DNA of 64,000 bases from Octopus sinensis (GCF_006345805.1 NC_043008.1:23994001-24058000), one strand, 5' to 3'. Counted from the first letter of the stretch, positions 1-12,944 are shown. The notes: a model not told the origin generated them from the sequence alone. Numbers and translations are program-made.

Positions 1-155
1 ACCCAGGTTCGAAATTACCCCAAGGCACCTGATGAAGGCTGGAGGGTATATCAGCCGAAACGTGTTAACAACAAACAAGATGAGGATAAATATCTGTCAA
101 TTGTAAATAACGTAAATAATGTACATAATTCCTCATCTCTTAGATATAGAAAAAT
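1..155 (+). mobile_element. Penelope-like element pseudo-LTR fragment, cut by the window start
   Basis: Closely matches 36576-36726 (ACCCAGGTTCGAAATT...CTGAWGAAGGCTGGAGGG...CAGCCGAAACG...TGTAAATAA) and carries a minimal hammerhead core, a known feature of PLE pLTRs. Confidence 0.6.
24..66 (+). ncRNA. Minimal hammerhead ribozyme motif, probably damaged
   Basis: CTGATGA (29-35), stem II GGCTG/CAGCC, GAAAC (57-61). About 3 nt are missing after GAAACG compared with the copy at 36627. Confidence 0.5.
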
Positions 156-600
156 TGTAAGTTGTCTATTTTGCCACATTAGAAGTGTTTTGGCTTTCTC
201 CCTTTGTATTTTCTCTCTCTCTTTGAACTGGAAGTGGTCTAGGATGGCAGTTGGATCCTCAGGTATGACCAACACCCACAACTTTAGATACATACCGTTA
301 TATGATGCCGGAAAATTAACTTAAATGTTATAACTTCTACAAGTTCCACTACTATTGCTACCAATTTGGTCTAATCTGTGACGTTGCATTTTGATGGTCC
401 ATGTCTTCGTCATCTATCTTCCCATCATGGGTTCCTTTCTAGGCTCTGATTGCTCTGATGTATCGCACGAGGTGGAGGTTGCTATGGGTAGACCTATTTG
501 TCATGGTGCATATTTGCGCATCACCAATCAGACCAGTGACAAATTCCTTGCTAATACAGTTCAGGCATCCATTGCAAACTAAAACATTGTCCTCTGATGA
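140..600 (-). mobile_element. Decayed Tx1/L1-like ORF2 fragments
   Basis: 478-560 closely matches 1870-1948, which reads like the RT segment VLARNL...HSNLHL. 180-290 (ILDHFQF..REKIQRE) weakly resembles the ORF2 C-terminus at 18130-18200. Confidence 0.4.
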
Positions 601-969
601 TTACCTTTTATTATTATTGTTATGCAAACCATACTTCCTGCAAGCATTTTTCTACCTGTGCTAAAGTGAAATACTGAAACTTTAATTTTTCTTAATGAAT
701 GTATAAGCAATAACATATTTACATCTATTTCTTTGCAGTCACTGCTTGTTATAGATATAACCAGAACTCTGATATCATTGTTGATGTTGGTAGTGATGGT
801 GAAGATGATGAATGTGTCCTGATTGATTATTCTTCAATATCAGCAAGTTTATTTGAAGCAGACGACACTAAATTTTCCCCTCTTATAGTCACCATGACTA
901 TAACACTCAAGAAGACACTTGAGACAGGGATCTCTCTTAATCTTTCTTTCTTTCTGTGTGTTTGTGTGA

Positions 970-970
<1 letters not shown>

Positions 971-1022
<52 letters not shown>
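971..1022. repeat. (TCTG)n/(TC)n microsatellite
   Basis: Direct inspection. Confidence 0.95.
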
Positions 1023-1025
<3 letters not shown>

Positions 1026-1079
1026 TCCTCTTTGTCTCCCTCTCCTTCTTTATTCCAGTTAAACTTTCTTTGCGCATTA

Positions 1080-3850
1080 TCAACCACTACACGCCCAATC
1101 TTTCATTCAGCAGGGGTTTACTGCAAACGCATTTCTTCTACACAAAACTAAACGACAGGTGCTCTGGGCCGGCGAGACGTGATCTGGTGTAAGGCACGAT
1201 ACTCAGGTGGTAATATATAACGGAAGCGATGGAAGCGTTCCCCAACTCTGCTCGACCTCTTAGTGTTGGCTTTCTCTCGGCCCATTTCTGGATGATATCG
1301 GCCATTCTACTTGTCACCTCGGCATGAAGATGAAGCCGAAACAAGATGCCGAGTAATTTAACCGGTCCCTCTGTTCAGTGTCCCACGACATGGACCTGCC
1401 ACTCCAGATGCCCAGTTGCAGCTCTATTGACTTTTCTTGGATGACTTTCGCTTTCATCAGCACCTCTAATTCCCTTAGAGCAATGCCGATTACCTTGATG
1501 TGCTTGGTATCCGTCACTATCACGGTAACGTCTTCTACCTATGTTGAAATGGCTCTTCTGCATCATACCTCACGCGGGTTGTTTCTCAATGTCTCCAGTT
1601 TACGCAGTTATAGCTCTAGAGTTAGTACATACAGAAGAGACAAGGGACAACCATGACGGATCATGCGGGAGGGTTGCGATAGTTGACTATTCCCTCTAGC
1701 CATAGAACAGATTTTACTGTACACTGAGGCGATCCAAACGCAAAACACGGACCGAAACCGGCTGCAGTTAGGACAGACGTCAAGTTTTGGTGGCCTACCC
1801 TATCAACAGGTTCCCGAAGGATCTAAATTGATCAGTGCCCCACCCACGACGGGTTCCTCTCCTGCGCTCAAGGTGGAGGTTGCTGTGGTAGACCTATTTG
1901 TCATGGTGCATCACCAATCAGACAAGCGACAAATTCCTTGCTAATACCTTGGCCCAAGTTTTGGAGTTTGGATCTAGCAGATATATGGACCGAAAATGAT
2001 CATAGTAATGCTTCTCGACTCACAGGACTTGGAATCCTTCCATTCTGCTGCCTGTTGTGATACATATTTGCCAAGAGATCCCCAAACGCGTCTTGCATTT
2101 AAGCGCGTAGGATAAACCATCCAAACCAGGCGACTTACCCTTCACGCAGCCAACTATCGATTCCCGTATTTCAGCCGCGGTTACGGCGTTTTGCAACACT
2201 CCGCTAGACTTGCCGTGAGTTGCAGCGGTTCATCGAAGTACGCAGAGAAATCCATCCGGTATTCTAGCTCACTCTCTAGCCGAAAAATTGATCCTGAAGA
2301 ACGTTCACTCGTTAGTGTCCATCAAAGAAAGAATTTTGGCTTTATAGCCACGTCACGCTACTGTCACTTGGGCCCATTGAGTGGCTTTCATTCCTTCGTA
2401 TCATAGAGCTCGTGCCTTAGATCTGACAATGTAACCTTTGTGCTTCACGTTGAAGTATAGGTCAAAATTCAATCTCATCGCGAGTACATTTTTCCTAATT
2501 TATGCAATGCCTTTCCCAAGTTCTAAGTCTCCTATTCTATTTTTTCTATCACTACGACCTTACTAAGCCTAACCGATTGGACTCAAGCATGAAATTTGTG
2601 GATCGGAAACTCTAGTCTTTCTGACGACCACCACATCTATATCTAGTGAGCAGAAATCGTTGAGTATGTGGCTTCCAAGCTGATCCCAAGTCATGTGCAT
2701 TTATACTGTCTATTCTGAACTCAGGCATAATCAACAAGAGAGAAGATAGAGAGAATCACCCTATCCCTGTGGATTAACTCGGCAAACTACGTCTTTTTAA
2801 TATTTTTTTATTTAGAGCGTTGTGTGTATTTGTAATATCTGTGCAATGAAAAGCTATTTTTAATATTGTAATATTTAGTTGATGTTATGAAGTTGGTATG
2901 GGTGGTGTTAGTACTTTCATGTATGCGGTTCATTAGTTCTTTATTACTTGTGTATATTGTTCGTGCTGGGATTTTTCATCTGGGATTGTTGTGCGTGAAT
3001 TAGGTTGTACTTGTAACGGAGGCTTCAGTGATAGTGTTGGTGACAGTTACGGTGATGATAGTACTGGTGTAGTTGCTGATGGATGTTGGTGTTGCCTAAA
3101 GACAATTCCCCATTTGTTCATAGTTGCCAAATTTTTGTTTTTATTTCTTTTCTTTTCTTCGCTTTGGTGACAATTTACTATTTAAGCTTCTCACACTCCC
3201 CTTCACTACACAACTTGCCTGGGTGGTCTCAATCGAGGAGGAGCATGTTTTGGAACTCATTATATATTTGGTTTGTTGTTTGGGGTCTTTCAATTGCTGA
3301 TATGTTGGTAATGTAGTGTCAATTGCTTGTTTTCTTCTTTTTGTTGCTGCTGTTGCTGTAACTCCTGTTTCCAGTCCTGTGGCAGGTATTACAATCATTA
3401 ATAGTAACTTGCATGCTGTTTTGTTGCTGCTTCTGTTTTTGCTAATGTTCAAGTTGTGATGTTCGAAGCAGTTGAAGCCTCCTTGCAGTTGTTGTTCGTT
3501 GTAGTTGTTGGGGCAGAAAAACTATTTTTCACAATCGCTTACAGTTGCTACCCTCCTGAGATCTGTATTTCGTTGAGGATTTTATCGATTGTCTCAGATT
3601 TCACTTAAATCAAAATCTTCAACCCCATCCCAACCCACTAGTCTTCAAAACCATTTTATTTCGAGAAGTGCGCTGGGATTTTCTAAAACCACACGTTTCA
3701 CTACCTACCAGAAATCTAGTTTTGGGAGTAGGTTTCGGATTTTTACTCCGCTCGATTTTCGTTCCAGATGTTAATGTGAAATATTCCAGTTTTTTTTTGT
3801 GTGTGGGACAGTGGAGCGCTTCTCTGATAGGGTTTCCGAGTTGAAATAAC
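1080..3850 (-). mobile_element. Heavily decayed Tx1/L1-like LINE (ORF1 remnant, APE, RT)
   Basis: Minus-strand peptides KWAERKPTLRGRAELGNASIASVIYY and YVEDVTVIVTDTKHI match the plus-strand copy at 7900-8000 and 7685-7750. APE start HILNDFCSLDIDVVVV lies near 2620-2680, and an ORF1-like stretch near 3600-3720. Confidence 0.7.
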
Positions 3851-4390
3851 ACTTATATGCCCAAATTTCAGATCATATGTTCTTTAAGCAGAACTCAGCT
3901 TGATCTTAAGATAAGCGCTCCAACTTGTGTCTTTTCGTTAACAAGAATTTTTTAATCTTTTCTGTTTCCTGTTAGAAGTGTTTCATTCGGTTTATATACT
4001 TAACTGCCTCTTTTAAATATTCACGCTTGCTCTTTGTTGGTACCACATCAGACATATTTCCGATTTTCAACAAAGAAATATTTTTGGATGGGTTTATAAT
4101 GCTGTTAGTAGTGTTTAAAACATCGTTGACGCTACTATTATTACTTTCTGTGTGTGGTTGTGATAGTGGTAGTGGTGGTTTCGTTGACAATGCACGATTT
4201 GTTGGTTCTGGTTCGAGATTATTTATTCGATATGTTCTTGTTCTGGAAGCTGCTGCTACCGTTGATGTTGCTGTTGTTACCGTTGATGTTACCGCTGTTG
4301 TTGTTTCTGCTGCTGTAGCTATTGTTGCTGCTTCTGCTGTTGCTGCTGCTGTTGTTACTGTCGTTCTTACAGCTGGTGTTGTTACTGCAT

Positions 4391-5270
4391 CCCGAAAGGA
4401 TGAAAGGCAAAATCGATCTCAGCGGAATTTGAACTCAGAACATAAAGACAGACGAAATGCCGCAAATCATTTTGCCCAGCGTACTAATGATTCTGACAAC
4501 TCCCCGCCTTATCAATGATAATAATATTTTTTATTGATAAGGTGGGGAGTTGTCAGAATCGTTAGCACACCGGGCAAAATGACTTGCGGCATTTCGTCCG
4601 TCGATTCTGACAATTACCCGCCTTATCAATAAAAATTATTATTATTATTGATGAGGCGGGGAGTTGTCAATAATAATGGTTTCAAATTTTGCCACAAGGG
4701 CAACTTTTATGGGGAGGGGATTAGTCAATTACACTGACTTCAGCATTCAGAATTCAGAACGTAGTGATGGGCGAAATACCGCTAAGCATTCTGTCCGGCG
4801 TGCTAACGATTCTGCCAGCTCGCCGCCTTAATAACAATAATAATCCTTTCTACTAAAGGCACAAGCCCTGAAATTTTGTGGAAAGGAACTAGCCGATTAC
4901 ATTGCCCCCCCCCCCCAGTGTTTCACTGGTGCTTAATTTATCGACCCCAAAAGGATGAAAAGCAAAGTCGACCTCAGCGGAATTTGAACTCACAACGTAG
5001 CGATGGGCGAAATACCTATTTCTTTACAACCCACAAGGGGCTAAACACAGAGGGGACAAACAAGGACAGGCAAACGGATTAAGTCGATTACATCGATCTC
5101 AGTGCGTAACTGGTACTTAATTTATCGACCCCGAAAGGATGAAAGGCAAAGTCGACCTCGGCGGAATTTGAACTCAGAACGTAACGGCAGACGAAATACG
5201 GCTACGCATTTCGACCGGCGTGCTAACGTTTCTGCCAGGTCGCTGCCATGGTAATAACAATAATAATAAT
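4391..5270 (-). mobile_element. Cluster of at least six tRNA-derived SINE copies or heads (mostly minus strand, two short plus-strand heads)
   Basis: On the minus strand: A-box-like TGGCAGAAACG, B-box GAGTTCAAATTCC, then CCTTTCATCCTTTCGGGGTCGATAAATTAAGTACCAG, which resembles the MetaSINE central domain. Copies lie at about 4391-4510, 4680-4830, 4845-5010 and 5012-5248. Confidence 0.85.
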
Positions 5271-6504
5271 AACTGCTGTGTAGTACCATTTAATTGTATC
5301 GGTGCTATTTTAATGACAGATAAAGAAATTCCAATTGTCATGCTTTATAGATTAACCAGATGGCAGCACTGTACTCATGACTTGCACAGGCCCTCTGTAA
5401 AGTTGAAATCAGATGATAAACAATTAATACTCACCTTAAAATTCATTTCGCTGCGATTAGAATCAGTACATAATTTTCAATCAAAACAAAGAAAATTAAG
5501 TGAAAGCTATGAAATGTTTCACTCAACTAAGACCAGCCACACACAAAAGCTGTTCAATATTATTTGCATAGTTTTCCATATCCCGTGTGCTAAACTATGC
5601 TCTTTTGGATAATCACTCACATGACTATCGAATTAAGCCTTAGTCTTCCTTTGTTTAGACTTTCTGTCATATTTCTAATCTTTATTTCAATTTTCCCATG
5701 TTTGTAAAACTTTGAATTCTTTTCATAACAAATTCCTTCAAATGTTAAATAAATATAAACAAAAATCTGTCTATAACGATTACGTCAAGTAGTTTAAATA
5801 TCATTTTACTGACAAGAAATGCAACAATTTTATTTACTTTTTTTTACAAGGCTTCGCTTTCTACGGTTCTTTGATATATGATATGTACTCAGAGAAAATA
5901 AACCGAGCATCAAGTGTAACTATGAGTGGAAATGAAACCACTTACAAAAAAAGAAACAATAGCAAGATTATTGCTGTGCTGTTTCACAAAAGAGAACTAC
6001 TGAGATTAGTCTTTGAAACTTGTCGTGACGATTCGGCGGAGAAAATTCGAGTCGTCCCAAAAGTTCATAACAGCATATAAGATACTGTTTGAGTGCGTGA
6101 CACGTAACCTACTGCATTTGCAGTCTGGTTAATATATTGGCCTCAAGCATACCAGATTTGTTTGATCCCCTCATAGTTAGCATCTAATACAACGTTTAGT
6201 AGAGGATAGAGCTTTCTCCCGATATGTGAAATGGGAATTATTTGCTATATTGAGTAATATGCAAATAATGGAGAGAGTCAATCATTTTGAACTCATTTCC
6301 ACTCTATGGTGAAGTAAAACTTTTGGTGAGGTGCTTGAGAAATAACTATGTTGTTCAAATCCTTCATATTCCTGCAGATATGGCCCATTTGTTTAATGTC
6401 CTCAGCTCTAAACAGAAAGTGTGACTCAAGAACGTTTGCATAGATAATGGCCAAAATTGTGACATAAACTAATAAAATGATTTTAGCAAAATTAACAATA
6501 AATC

Positions 6505-6538
6505 ACACACATACACACACGCCACACACACACACACG

Positions 6539-6582
<44 letters not shown>
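6505..6582. repeat. (CA)n microsatellite
   Basis: Direct inspection. Confidence 0.95.
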
Positions 6583-6588
<6 letters not shown>

Positions 6589-6871
6589 ATTTATGTATAA
6601 ATTTGTATTTTCTCCATAGCTTTTTGTGCTAAGCCACTCGGTGTTAAATTAATGGTATTATTAAATTAATATCAATTTTTCACCCTCATTTATAAATATA
6701 TACATATATATGTATATGTATATATAAAGCAGGTATACACGATGCTAGAAATAGCAGCCGGTAAGTTTACAGCGCTATGTAGAGCTTCACTGAATATTTA
6801 CAGGCAGAGATGTGTGCGGTCGGTGAATATAGGAGAATTCTGCCTTGCCTCTACTGAGACCGTTAGAGACA

Positions 6872-6873
6872 TG

Positions 6874-6905
<32 letters not shown>

Positions 6906-6942
6906 TGTATGTATGTATGTATGTATGTATGTATGTATGTAT
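6872..6942. repeat. (TATG)n microsatellite
   Basis: Direct inspection. Confidence 0.95.
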
Positions 6943-8885
6943 ACGAAGGGCAAATGATAACTGATCCGAGACAGATGTCTGCGTTATTTCAGCAGCGCTT
7001 CGCTCAACTGTTCAGGACAGCAGTGATCTGGGTCGCAGGATAGATTTCATGTCCAACCTCTACTGGCTGCCGTGGCTCTCGGCAACGCAGGCGGAGTGCT
7101 GCGAAATGCCGATAACAACCTTTGAAATATGGAAAGCAAAGGCTAGCTGCACAAAGGATAAATCACCTGGTTTGGATGGTCTGCGCTACGAGCTTGACTC
7201 TTACATACCAGACTTGCTCAGCGACCTTTTTGCAAACGTTTATTGCAACAGGCAACAGAATGGGTGAGTTCCCAAGAGACATGTGCCCTCCCGAAAAGAT
7301 CCATCAACGACAACCTCGACCTCATAGATACATCATTGAGAAAGTGGCTAAAAAGCTTGGCACGAGTGGGGCCCTGACCAATTTAGATCACTCTATAGCT
7401 TTCGATATGGTTAACCATTTATATCTGGAGGTGGTCCTCAAGGCAGCTGGTTTCGGGCCTGTATTCAGGGGTTACATCGTAGCAATGCACAGCGACATCT
7501 GTTCAGTGGTCAGAGTGAACGGTCACCTCTCAGAACCGTTCAACATCATGCGCTTGGCTAGGCAAGGTGTCCCCTTCTCGTTTTTCTTGTACGTTCTGAA
7601 TCTCGAGCCACTACTGCAAAAGCAGGAAGCGTTGAGAGGTATCCTGCGTGAGAGGTATCCTATGTGGAAGATGTGAGTCGGCATATGTCGACGACGTCAC
7701 CGTAATGATGTCGGACCATAAGCACATAGAAATGATCGGCACCGCTCTCAAAATGAGGCGGTTTCAGGAGCGACGATTAACCAGGAAAACTCAGTGGGCG
7801 CTGGATGGACAGACCGGCTAAACTGCTCGAGGTCTGGTTCGGTCCTGACCTCCTGATCGACAAAAACTGGGACAAGGTAACGAGCAGGGTGACTACTCTC
7901 TCCCAGAAATGGGCCGAGAAAAAGCTATCCCAGAAAGGTCGGGCAGAAGTGGCTAACGCGTATGTCGCGTCCGTCATTTACTATCGTTTGACCGCCTTGG
8001 TTTGTCCTGGACACCGTCTGATTACGCTGGAGCGTATAGCCTTCCGCTTCTTGTGGAGGGACGCGTCCCAATGGTGAAGCGGTCTATCTGCTGTCAGTAC
8101 TCACTGCATGGTGGCCTTCCCATACCGTGGCTGATGATGCGCAGACGTGCGCTGAGGCTACGATATTTCCAGTGTTTCATTGACGATGAACAGGTGTTGT
8201 CGGCATTTGCCAAACACATATTTCCGCAGCTAGTTTCTTTCACGGAGCTGCAGTCCTAGGTAAGACAGAGACCGAGAAGGAGCATTTGGAAATTGGAATG
8301 TGTTCAAGTGCTCACATCCCTTGGCCAATCGGACACTGCGATAGGTGAAACGTTCACTTTAGCCTTTTATAGAGGATTAGAAGTGGAAAAGTGCGGCAAC
8401 GTTTTTTGTAGAGACCTTGGACGCCAAATAAGATCAGCTAGTCGCGCTTTTCGGGAGAGCTTTCGGGCCGGCACCGATGGATAATTTCCAAAAATCTCTG
8501 GCCTGGCAGTGTCACCGGGAAGCTTTGCTTGTTTGAGATAAATTTTGCCGTCAGCCGATCATATCCGAGATACACGCAGAACGACGAGACGATCCTCGTC
8601 CAGTGCCAGAGTATTGCTGACCTGTGGGTTAATGTCGAACACCTGCTGTCGCATGTGGAATTGATCCGGCTGTCAACTGAATTCCTATTAAGCATTACAC
8701 ATTTTTGATTTCTCTTCTTCCTTTTCTTCTTTTTTAATTTTGTTAGTCTTGTCTCTACACAAAACCCTCACAACAACACACACCCACGCACACACACACA
8801 CATTCTTTGTTTTGTCCTGTGCTGTTCACAGTGTTTTTTCTTAATGTAAACCCTTGTGGTTAATAAAGAAATTATTATTATTATT
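6943..8885 (+). mobile_element. 5'-truncated Tx1/L1-like LINE (RT and C-terminal region, frameshifted)
   Basis: KSPGLDGL, LDHSIAFDMVNHLYLEVVLKAAGFGP, RQGVP and YVDDVTV motifs. Ends AATAAAGAA followed by (ATT)n. Confidence 0.85.
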
Positions 8886-8889
8886 TTAC

Positions 8890-9240
8890 TTCTCAGAACT
8901 CTGGTTCTTACTTGTTCTGGCTAATTCTCTGAGAGCGGACAGCAACCTGTTGATAGCTCTTTTAGGGTGCAGTTCCTTGTTCATTGTCATCAATATCCTG
9001 GTTTTTCTATCCATTTCCTCAAGCTCGTTCTTTGTTCACCTAAAAACAGCCGCACTGTATTTTTTTTAGAAAACAGCTCGTGTAATTATTGCTCTATTCT
9101 TTTCTTTCCATTGAGTCTACTTTCCATAACTAATTTGGTTTTTCTGAGATATTCTTGTCTAAACTTTCCTTTATATCATTTGAATTTGTCATACTCCAAA
9201 ATACCCAGATATGTATATGCATCAGTCTCAACATCCTTGA
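8890..9240 (-). mobile_element. R4/Dong-clade fragment (post-RT region, subfamily C-like)
   Basis: Minus strand reads YTYLGILEYDK...ELEEMDRKTRILMTMNKELHPK, homologous to 35000-35230. Confidence 0.75.
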
Positions 9241-9242
9241 GA

Positions 9243-9480
9243 TTCTTCTTCTTCTTCTTCTTCTTCTTCTTCTTCTTCTTCTTCTTCTTCTTCTTCTTCT
9301 TCTGCTTCTGCTTCTTCTTCTTCTTCTTCTTCTTCTTCTTCTTCTTCTTCTTCTTCTTCTTCTTCTTCTTTCTTTTTCTTTTTCTTCTTCTTCTTCTTCT
9401 TCTTCTTCTTCTTCTTCTTCTTTACCTCTCCTCCTCCTTCTTCTTCTTCTTCTTCTTCTTCTTCTTCTTCTTCTTCTTCT
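9243..9480. repeat. (TTC)n microsatellite
   Basis: Direct inspection. Confidence 0.97.
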
Positions 9481-9497
9481 CATTATTATTATTATTA

Positions 9498-12400
9498 TTG
9501 GTTGGTTGGCATCCTTTCTGTCTCGGGAGACAATGGAGTTGCGCATAAAGTTGTCTAGTCCGGCTTTTATATTTCATGTCCTGATACATTTCCTGCTGTG
9601 GCTGTGTAGTCCTATCCTGGACAAACACTCCCTCTGGCAGGTACCGCAAATGTAGCGAAGACTGTTCTGGCTGGTTGTAGTGCCATAGTCTTTGTTGACG
9701 TCTCTTCTTTTCTTTCCATTTCTCCTCTCTCTCTCTGTCACTCCTTTGTATTCCCTCTTTTACGGTACGTCGCCATTCTCCACGGTTGCCGGCAAACGCC
9801 TCCCAACCGCTAATATTGATGTTGCAGGCCTTCATGTCCTTTTGCAAACATCCTTGTAACGTAAGATCGGTCTCCCCACAGACCTAGTACCCCTAGCAAG
9901 CTCTCCGTAGAGTATGTCCTGGGGATTCTGCCATCTTTCATACGGCTAACATGCCCAAGCCATCTCATACGTCTTTGTGTGAGGAGTGCAAAATGCTTGG
10001 TATTCCTGCTTGCCTGAGGACATCTTTGTTGGGGATATGATTCTGCCATTTGATGCGGAGGATTTTTCGGAGGCAGCGCAGGTGAAAGATGTTTAGGGAC
10101 GCTCTTGGCGTGTGTATAGCGTCCAGGTCTCACTTCCATACAGTAGAGTGCTGAGTACACATGCCTGGTAGATCTTCATTTTCGTGGTCTTGGTCAGCTT
10201 ATTGTTGTCCCAAGCCCGTTTGGAGAGTTGGGCCATCGCAGCAGCTGCCTTGCCAATGCGTATATTGAGCTCAGCATCAAGGGATAGGTTGTAGGTGACG
10301 GTAGAGCCCAGATAGGTAAACTTCTCCACCTCTTGTAATCTGTGGTCTCCAATATATATGTTTGGGATGTCCGATGTAGCCTGGCCCATGATGTTGGTCT
10401 TCTTAAGGCTGATAGCTAAGCCAAAGTCGTTACATGCTTGCTTAAAACAGTTAATGAGCCTTTGGAGGGCTTCTTCTGTGCGTGTTACCAGAGCGGCATC
10501 ATCAGCAAATAACATCTCCTTGATCAGGACGTTTCTGATTTTGGTCTTGGCACGCAGGCGCGAGAGATTCTACTGTGCAGAAACACTCCATCATCTGAAG
10601 TCTGAAAGGCATGTGAAAGTAAGAGCGAGAAGAAGATGCCAAACAATGTAGGAGCGAGGACACAACCTTGCTTTACCCCGTTTTTTATTTGGAAGGCGGC
10701 TGATGTTGAACCGTTGTGCTGTATGGTGCCTTGCATGTCATTATGGAAAGACTTGATGATCCTCAGCAGCTTTGGTGGACATCCGATTTTTTGGAGCAGG
10801 ATGAAGAGGCCTGTTCTGCTTACCGAGTCAAAAGCCTTTGTTAAATCAATGAAGGCCATATATAATGGCATTTTCTGCTCTCTGGACTTCTCCTGAAGTT
10901 CGCGTATGGAGAATATCATATCGATAGTTGATCTGCTTCTTCTAAAGCCACACTGCGATTCCGGATAGATTCGAGAAGCAATTAGTTGTAGCCTGGCCAG
11001 GATAACGCGGGCAAAGGTCTTTCCAACAGTGCTTAGATATACCACGGTAATTGTTACAATCACCACGGTCACCTTTGTTTTTGTAAAGTGTAATGATGTA
11101 AGCATCCCGCATATCCTGAGGGACTGTACCCTCTTCCCAGCACTGACACAGAAGATCATGAAGGTGCCGAAGCAGGATGGTGTTTTTGCCGGCTTTGATG
11201 ATCTCTGAGGGGATGCCGTCTTTTCCCGGAGCCTTATTTCTTGCTAGGGAGTCAACAGCCTTGGTGAGCTCTGCTATAGATGGCGGACTGTCAAGTTCGC
11301 ACATGACTGGCAATATCTTGACACTCTCGACTGCAGCCTCGGCCACTGTAGTCTCCCGTGAATAGAGATCCTGGTAGTGCTCCACCCATCTATCCATTTG
11401 CTTGCCTTGATCCCTGATGAGATCTCCAGTAGTTGATTTCAGAGGGGCTGACTTGGTTGCGGATGGACTGAGGGCCTTCTTCAAACCGGCATACATCCCA
11501 CGGGTGTCGCCCCTGTCAGCAGCTGACTGGATACTCTGACAGATTTCCTGCCAATACCTATTTGCACAGCGTCTGGCTGTCAGTTGGGTTTTATTTCGTG
11601 CCTTTCTGAGTTCTTCGAGTGACTTTGTAGAAGAGTCACTCTTGTATTGCATCAGAGCTGCACGCTTTGCTTCGATAACTGGCTCCAGCTCTGAGAGCCC
11701 AGCATTGAACCAATCTGGGTTTTGCCTTTCTCTCATGCCGAAAGTATCCATTGATGTCGTATACAAGGCTTCCCTGATATAGTCCCACCTACTTTCAGCA
11801 GAGGAGGTTGGGCAACTACTGAGGGCAACCTTGATAGAAGCAGCAAAACATTTTCGCAGTGTAGGGTCCGAGGTTCTGGCGGTGTTGATGCGTGGTCGGC
11901 TCACTTTCTTGGAGCGATGGACTTTTTTTAGGCAGTATCCTCACCCTACTTCTAATTAGTGAGTGGTCTGTGTCACAATCCGAGCTGTGGTAACTGCGGG
12001 TCAATAGAGTAGAATTCAGAAAGGATCTCCGTGTAATGATGAGATCCATCTGATGCCAGTGGTGAGATCTTGGATGTCTCCAGGATGCCTTGTGGGATGG
12101 CTTGTTGGTAAAGAATGTGTTTGTGATGCACAGGTTGTGGTATGTGCAGAATTCGAGTAGTCTCTGACCATTGTCATTCATGTTGCCAATACCAAAGTGT
12201 CCAACACAAATGGGCCACGAATCATGGTCAGATCCCACGCGAGCGTTAAAATCCCCTAGAAGGTAGATATTTTCAGTCCTTGGTATATTTTCTATGACAC
12301 AGTTGAGATCTTTGTAGAACTGGTCCTTGGTCTCCTCTGAGCTGTAGAGAGTGGGAGCATAGATGCTGAGCCAGAAGAAGTCGAGAGGCGCAGTGAGAGG

Positions 12401-12693
12401 ATACGCTCAGTGCCTCCCGATGGTGGTTCTATTGAGGAGAGTAGTGAGTTTCTCACTGCAAAGCCAACGCCATGTTGACAAGGTTCTTCTGGATCTCTTC
12501 CCTGCCAAAAGAAGGTGAAATCCTGCTCTTTGAGTTTGCCGTTTGAGGGAAGTCTTGTCTCCTGCAGCCCAGCAATATCTATGTTGAGCCTCTTTAGTTC
12601 ACGGTCAATGATGGCCGTTTTCCTTGTGTCTTCAATCATGAGAAGATCATCAGATATTCCAGGACACATGGTCCTGACATTCCAGCTTGCCAA
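9498..12693 (-). mobile_element. RTE-clade LINE (family RTE-1), APE plus RT, frameshifted, 5' UTR missing
   Basis: LASWNVRT...LQETRL and SDCDTDHSL (APE); QCGFR, AFIDLTKAFDSV, GVKQGCVLAPTLF and LFADD (RT). The 3' end is GAGACAGAAAGGATGCCAACC followed by (AAT)n. Confidence 0.92.
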
Positions 12694-12942
12694 CCATCTT
12701 TTTTCTGTTGTTATTCCATAATGTTGCCATAGCTTCCAATGTATGTAGGTTCCAACTCTGTCATGTCTGTGAATATATTCCTTCTTAGCCAGGACTGGGC
12801 AGCTAGAGATAATATGATTTATTGTTTCTTGTCCATCTCCACATATTCTGCAGTTACTTGTAATATTTCTTTTCATTACATGTTTTTGGTAATTTCTGGT
12901 GGGGGGGGGGGCTTTGGTCTTGTGCTGCAATTAAAAATCCCT
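12694..12942 (-). mobile_element. R4/Dong subfamily A fragment (CCHC zinc-knuckle region)
   Basis: CRICGDGQETINHIISSCPVLAKKEYIHRHDRVG, nearly identical to 35740-35900. Confidence 0.9.
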
Positions 12943-12944
12943 CT

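Noticed and set aside
4391-5270. tRNA genes or a CRISPR-like repeat-spacer array
   Set aside because: The units are SINEs with tRNA-like A/B boxes but no cloverleaf. They are long and irregularly spaced, in eukaryotic context with no cas genes.
6291-6468. Minus-strand 57-codon stretch after a TTTTATTAG acceptor-like site (YVTILAIIYANVLESHF...)
   Set aside because: No recognisable domain and no partner exons. An ORF of this length is expected by chance, and the region may be an unclassified repeat. RNA-seq would be needed.
8967-9655. Long ORFs with poly-F, L, R, E, I, Y, N or H tracts (also at 12739-13701, 19401-19718, 27101-27626, 33062-33323 and 53057-53515)
   Set aside because: They are translations of microsatellites that lack stop codons in some frames, not genes.
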